A stretch of DNA of 32,000 nt from assembly GCF_013177435.1 (NCBI RefSeq), contig NZ_CP053627.1, positions 1,680,001 to 1,712,000 of the forward strand, in the 5' to 3' direction. Within the stretch, counting starts at the first letter, position 1, and each line of letters starts with the position of its first letter. Shown here piece by piece: positions 29,899-32,000 of the stretch. Origin of the DNA: Xylella taiwanensis. Its GTDB lineage: Bacteria > Pseudomonadota > Gammaproteobacteria > Xanthomonadales > Xanthomonadaceae. Position numbers and translations under genes: made by a program. The notes under the pieces are model-generated. The model was not told the DNA's origin, ran no database searches, and worked only from the letters and a program-made list of their open reading frames with translations.

Positions 29899-30360
29899 AT
29901 GAAAAAACAATCTTCACTTAAAAGAAAAATTCCGATCATAATATTTTTTATTACGGCTATAATCTCCTATTTCATTATAATATCAGGCAAAACAAAAGTT
30001 GGCATCGACTATAGAATGGATGATATTTCAGGATCGGCTCTGCAGACACTCGTATCTATGTCATGGACGAAAGGAAAAGATTTTTCAATCAAAAACCTAA
30101 GCGACTCTTTGAGTCAACACATATTATCCAATAACTGCACATCAGAAAGATGCTTAGAAACATTCGGATTTAATAAATGCATTCATGCAGAAGAAAAAAT
30201 TAAGTGTAAATATAAAGCAAAGATATTCTTAGCCGACAGTGATTATTCACATAGGAAGGAGAAGGAAAATGAAATCATTATAAATATTGAGTCCAGCCTT
30301 TCTGGAAATGAAATCACTTCGTCAATACATCATTATAAAGATGCACGACTTTTCAATTAA
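29899..30360 (+). CDS. Hypothetical membrane-anchored protein (about 153 aa from MKKQ)
   Basis: The track ORF 29857-30360 starts at a TTG; the internal ATG at 29899 gives MKKQSSLKRKIPIIIFFITAIISYFIIISGK…. The layout is a basic N-terminus, one transmembrane helix, then a soluble domain with four Cys (NNCTSERCLETFGFNKCIHAEEKIKC). It is very AT-rich, I see no strong ribosome-binding site, and I recognise no family. Confidence 0.4.
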   Translation: MKKQSSLKRKIPIIIFFITAIISYFIIISGKTKVGIDYRMDDISGSALQTLVSMSWTKGKDFSIKNLSDSLSQHILSNNCTSERCLETFGFNKCIHAEEKIKCKYKAKIFLADSDYSHRKEKENEIIINIESSLSGNEITSSIHHYKDARLFN

Positions 30361-31411
30361 TTTATAGAAACCTCACACCGAATGAAAAATTGATTTTTTA
30401 TAGGATAGCTTAATAAATCACATCGCCATACTTAACAAAAACGGAAATTCATTCTATAAAATAACCCGTCTGGTTATTTTTAAAATAAATCCATGATTTA
30501 TGAAAATAAAATCTTCACATTAAAGAAAACCTGAATGGATTTCTTAAAAATTAATGAAAAATAATTTTGAAATTCTAGAAATTAACGCGTTCCATTGAGA
30601 TACTCGATGTTTATTATGCATTTATGAAAATAATACGCCAGCGATTACATGAAATAACTCCATAAATTAAAATTTCAATTTCTTAAAATTTATCCATTAA
30701 TGCTAAACAAAACAACGTACTAGTACAGACATTCACGCACCTTCGGAAGAAACGACAGACATTACACGATCGTAGAGCAATATATTTCTGGAAACGAAAT
30801 GACAATATTTTATTTGGAAAACAGAATCAAAACCCTTTAAATAGCGGTATGTCATTGCTACGATCAGCATGCCCTATCATCCCTCTCGGGGACGTTCCAA
30901 ACTCCTTCGTTGTTATTGTTCCAAAAATCAAAGAGCGTCCTGACTGGACGTAGGGACTAAGCACTTCCTGATTACTCTCATAAAGAAACCAAGCAGAACC
31001 AACATGGCATGTGTATGAGCACATGGATAAACAAAGTGTCGCCCGTGAAGATAGGAGAATCATGCAGTAAAACACATCTTGGAATCGAAACATTTAATTA
31101 ACAAGACATGGAAGTTTAAAAGTATTATCGTCTCCAAACGAAACCAGATGTAAGCAATTTTTTATAAAATATTTTCCATATCATACGATAGAAAAAAATA
31201 ATAATTAATGTCTGAATTTATGATCTGGTCTCCATATTTTTCAATAGAAAAACCATGATGCGTGATTAAAAACACATATCATTTCTCAAATAATTTCACT
31301 ATCCAAACTTGCACATAAACGCTACCGGATCTCCTGCTGGCATCCGGTCATTCTATCTGCCTATCTTGGCCTTACGGACACCGGGGGAATCCAACTTCAA
31401 CCGATTGAACT

Positions 31412-32000
31412 ATGGAACCTCAAATGAAAATACCAAGAAGCAACTTCAGACCAAGCCCTCTTGCTCTCGCGGTGTTACCAACTTTGCTCATCGGCCTATC
31501 GTCCCTCACTCCCCTGCTTGCTACGCAAAGGACTCTATCGAACCACGTCACCACCTCCCGCTTGGACACTACTTTTCCCACTTTTCCCACCCAAAACTCC
31601 TGGCCTAGTGCTGGTGGCGGCACCCTGAACAGCAATTTTCAACCGGACGGACCGCTGATCAATGCAACCACTGCCATACGCCTGCAAGTCCAATGGAGCC
31701 TCGCCACACCAGGTGGATTCCCAACTGCTCCAACTATCGAAAATCACTCCTTATACGTATCGAACTCGAACGGCACATTGAACAAGATCGATACCGAGCT
31801 GGGCAGCCTGCTCTGGTCGATCCCACTATCCGACTACACCGGCAACCTTCATTCAGTCTCACTCAACAGCACCGCGATCGCTCCCGAAGGTATCGTGGTC
31901 GGCGACCAGAGCAGCGGCACCTTACTAGCGTTGCACAAAACCACCGGCACACTGCTGTGGAAAACCACGATTCAACCCAGCCTGGATGCGAAAATCACCT
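31412..32000 (+). CDS. Secreted PQQ-type beta-propeller repeat protein; the 3' end runs off the window
   Basis: This frame is missing from the ORF track because it has no stop codon inside the window. My translation reads MEPQMKIPRSNFRPSPLALAVLPTLLIGLSSLTPLLA… (signal peptide). It continues with repeats such as LYVSNSNGTLNKIDTELGSLLWS and GIVVGDQSSGTLLALHKTTGTLLWK, which are typical of PQQ/BamB-like propeller blades. An alternative start lies at 31424. Confidence 0.65.
   Translation, partial: MEPQMKIPRSNFRPSPLALAVLPTLLIGLSSLTPLLATQRTLSNHVTTSRLDTTFPTFPTQNSWPSAGGGTLNSNFQPDGPLINATTAIRLQVQWSLATPGGFPTAPTIENHSLYVSNSNGTLNKIDTELGSLLWSIPLSDYTGNLHSVSLNSTAIAPEGIVVGDQSSGTLLALHKTTGTLLWKTTIQPSLDAKIT

Larger units (their letters stand above)
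26886..31312. other. Low-GC island of probable foreign origin
   Basis: Composition steps sharply at both edges. Hand counts of G+C per 60 nt are 38/60 in acs (24001-24060), 25/60 in the SDR gene (28261-28320) and 13/60 in the tail (30481-30540). The edges are placed by eye, accurate to a few tens of nt. Confidence 0.7.

Noticed and set aside
27484-30660. Inverted copies of the 13-mer CATGAAATAACTC (27484-27496 minus strand, 30648-30660 plus strand) flanking the SDR segment, as possible terminal inverted repeats; a similar TATGAAATAACAA lies at 27712-27724
   Set aside because: The match does not extend beyond 13 nt. A rough estimate for 4.4 kb of DNA at about 25% GC (per-base match probability about 0.31, about 2e7 position pairs) predicts several such 13-mers by chance.
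26886-31320. The 8-mer ACATAAAC at both island edges (26886-26893 and 31313-31320), as a possible target-site duplication
   Set aside because: An 8-mer match within loosely defined junction windows in A-rich DNA is not significant, and no flanking inverted repeats support transposition.
1-32000. Scan for tRNA T-arm (GGTTCGAATCC-like) sequences, rRNA, CRISPR repeat-spacer periodicity, and integrase or recombinase genes
   Set aside because: I found none by eye on either strand. A by-eye scan can miss degenerate elements, so tRNAscan-SE, Infernal and a CRISPR finder should confirm this.

Overview
This window looks like a chromosomal segment from a Xanthomonadaceae genome. The gene order, the moderate GC content and the heavy gene decay suggest a Xylella-like organism; that is inference and I cannot verify it here.

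The conserved backbone, in order:
- pbpC (partial, minus strand, runs off the left edge)
- a 960-aa TonB-dependent receptor
- a badly decayed fadB pseudogene
- the envelope-stress operon rpoE / rseA-like anti-sigma / mucD
- lepA-lepB, a frameshifted DUF4845-like gene, then rnc-era-recO
- dxs (minus strand)
- yjcH-actP (minus strand), divergent from acs
- a yybP-ykoY Mn2+ riboswitch in front of mntP
- a signal-peptide PQQ-type beta-propeller gene that runs off the right edge

Two things stand out.
1. A roughly 4.4-kb low-GC island (about 26886-31312) sits between mntP and the propeller gene. It holds one intact SDR oxidoreductase, an orphan membrane-anchored protein, a transposase-like scrap, a gene broken across three frames, and an ORF-free, very AT-rich tail.
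2. Four ORF-poor tracts of 0.8-1.9 kb lie between housekeeping operons. All four are A+C-rich on the + strand, and they look like old gene wreckage.

I found no tRNA, rRNA or CRISPR array, no intact mobile element, and no coherent multi-gene system that looks new. The island is the best place to look for novelty. Every family assignment here comes from reading translations by eye; no searches were run.
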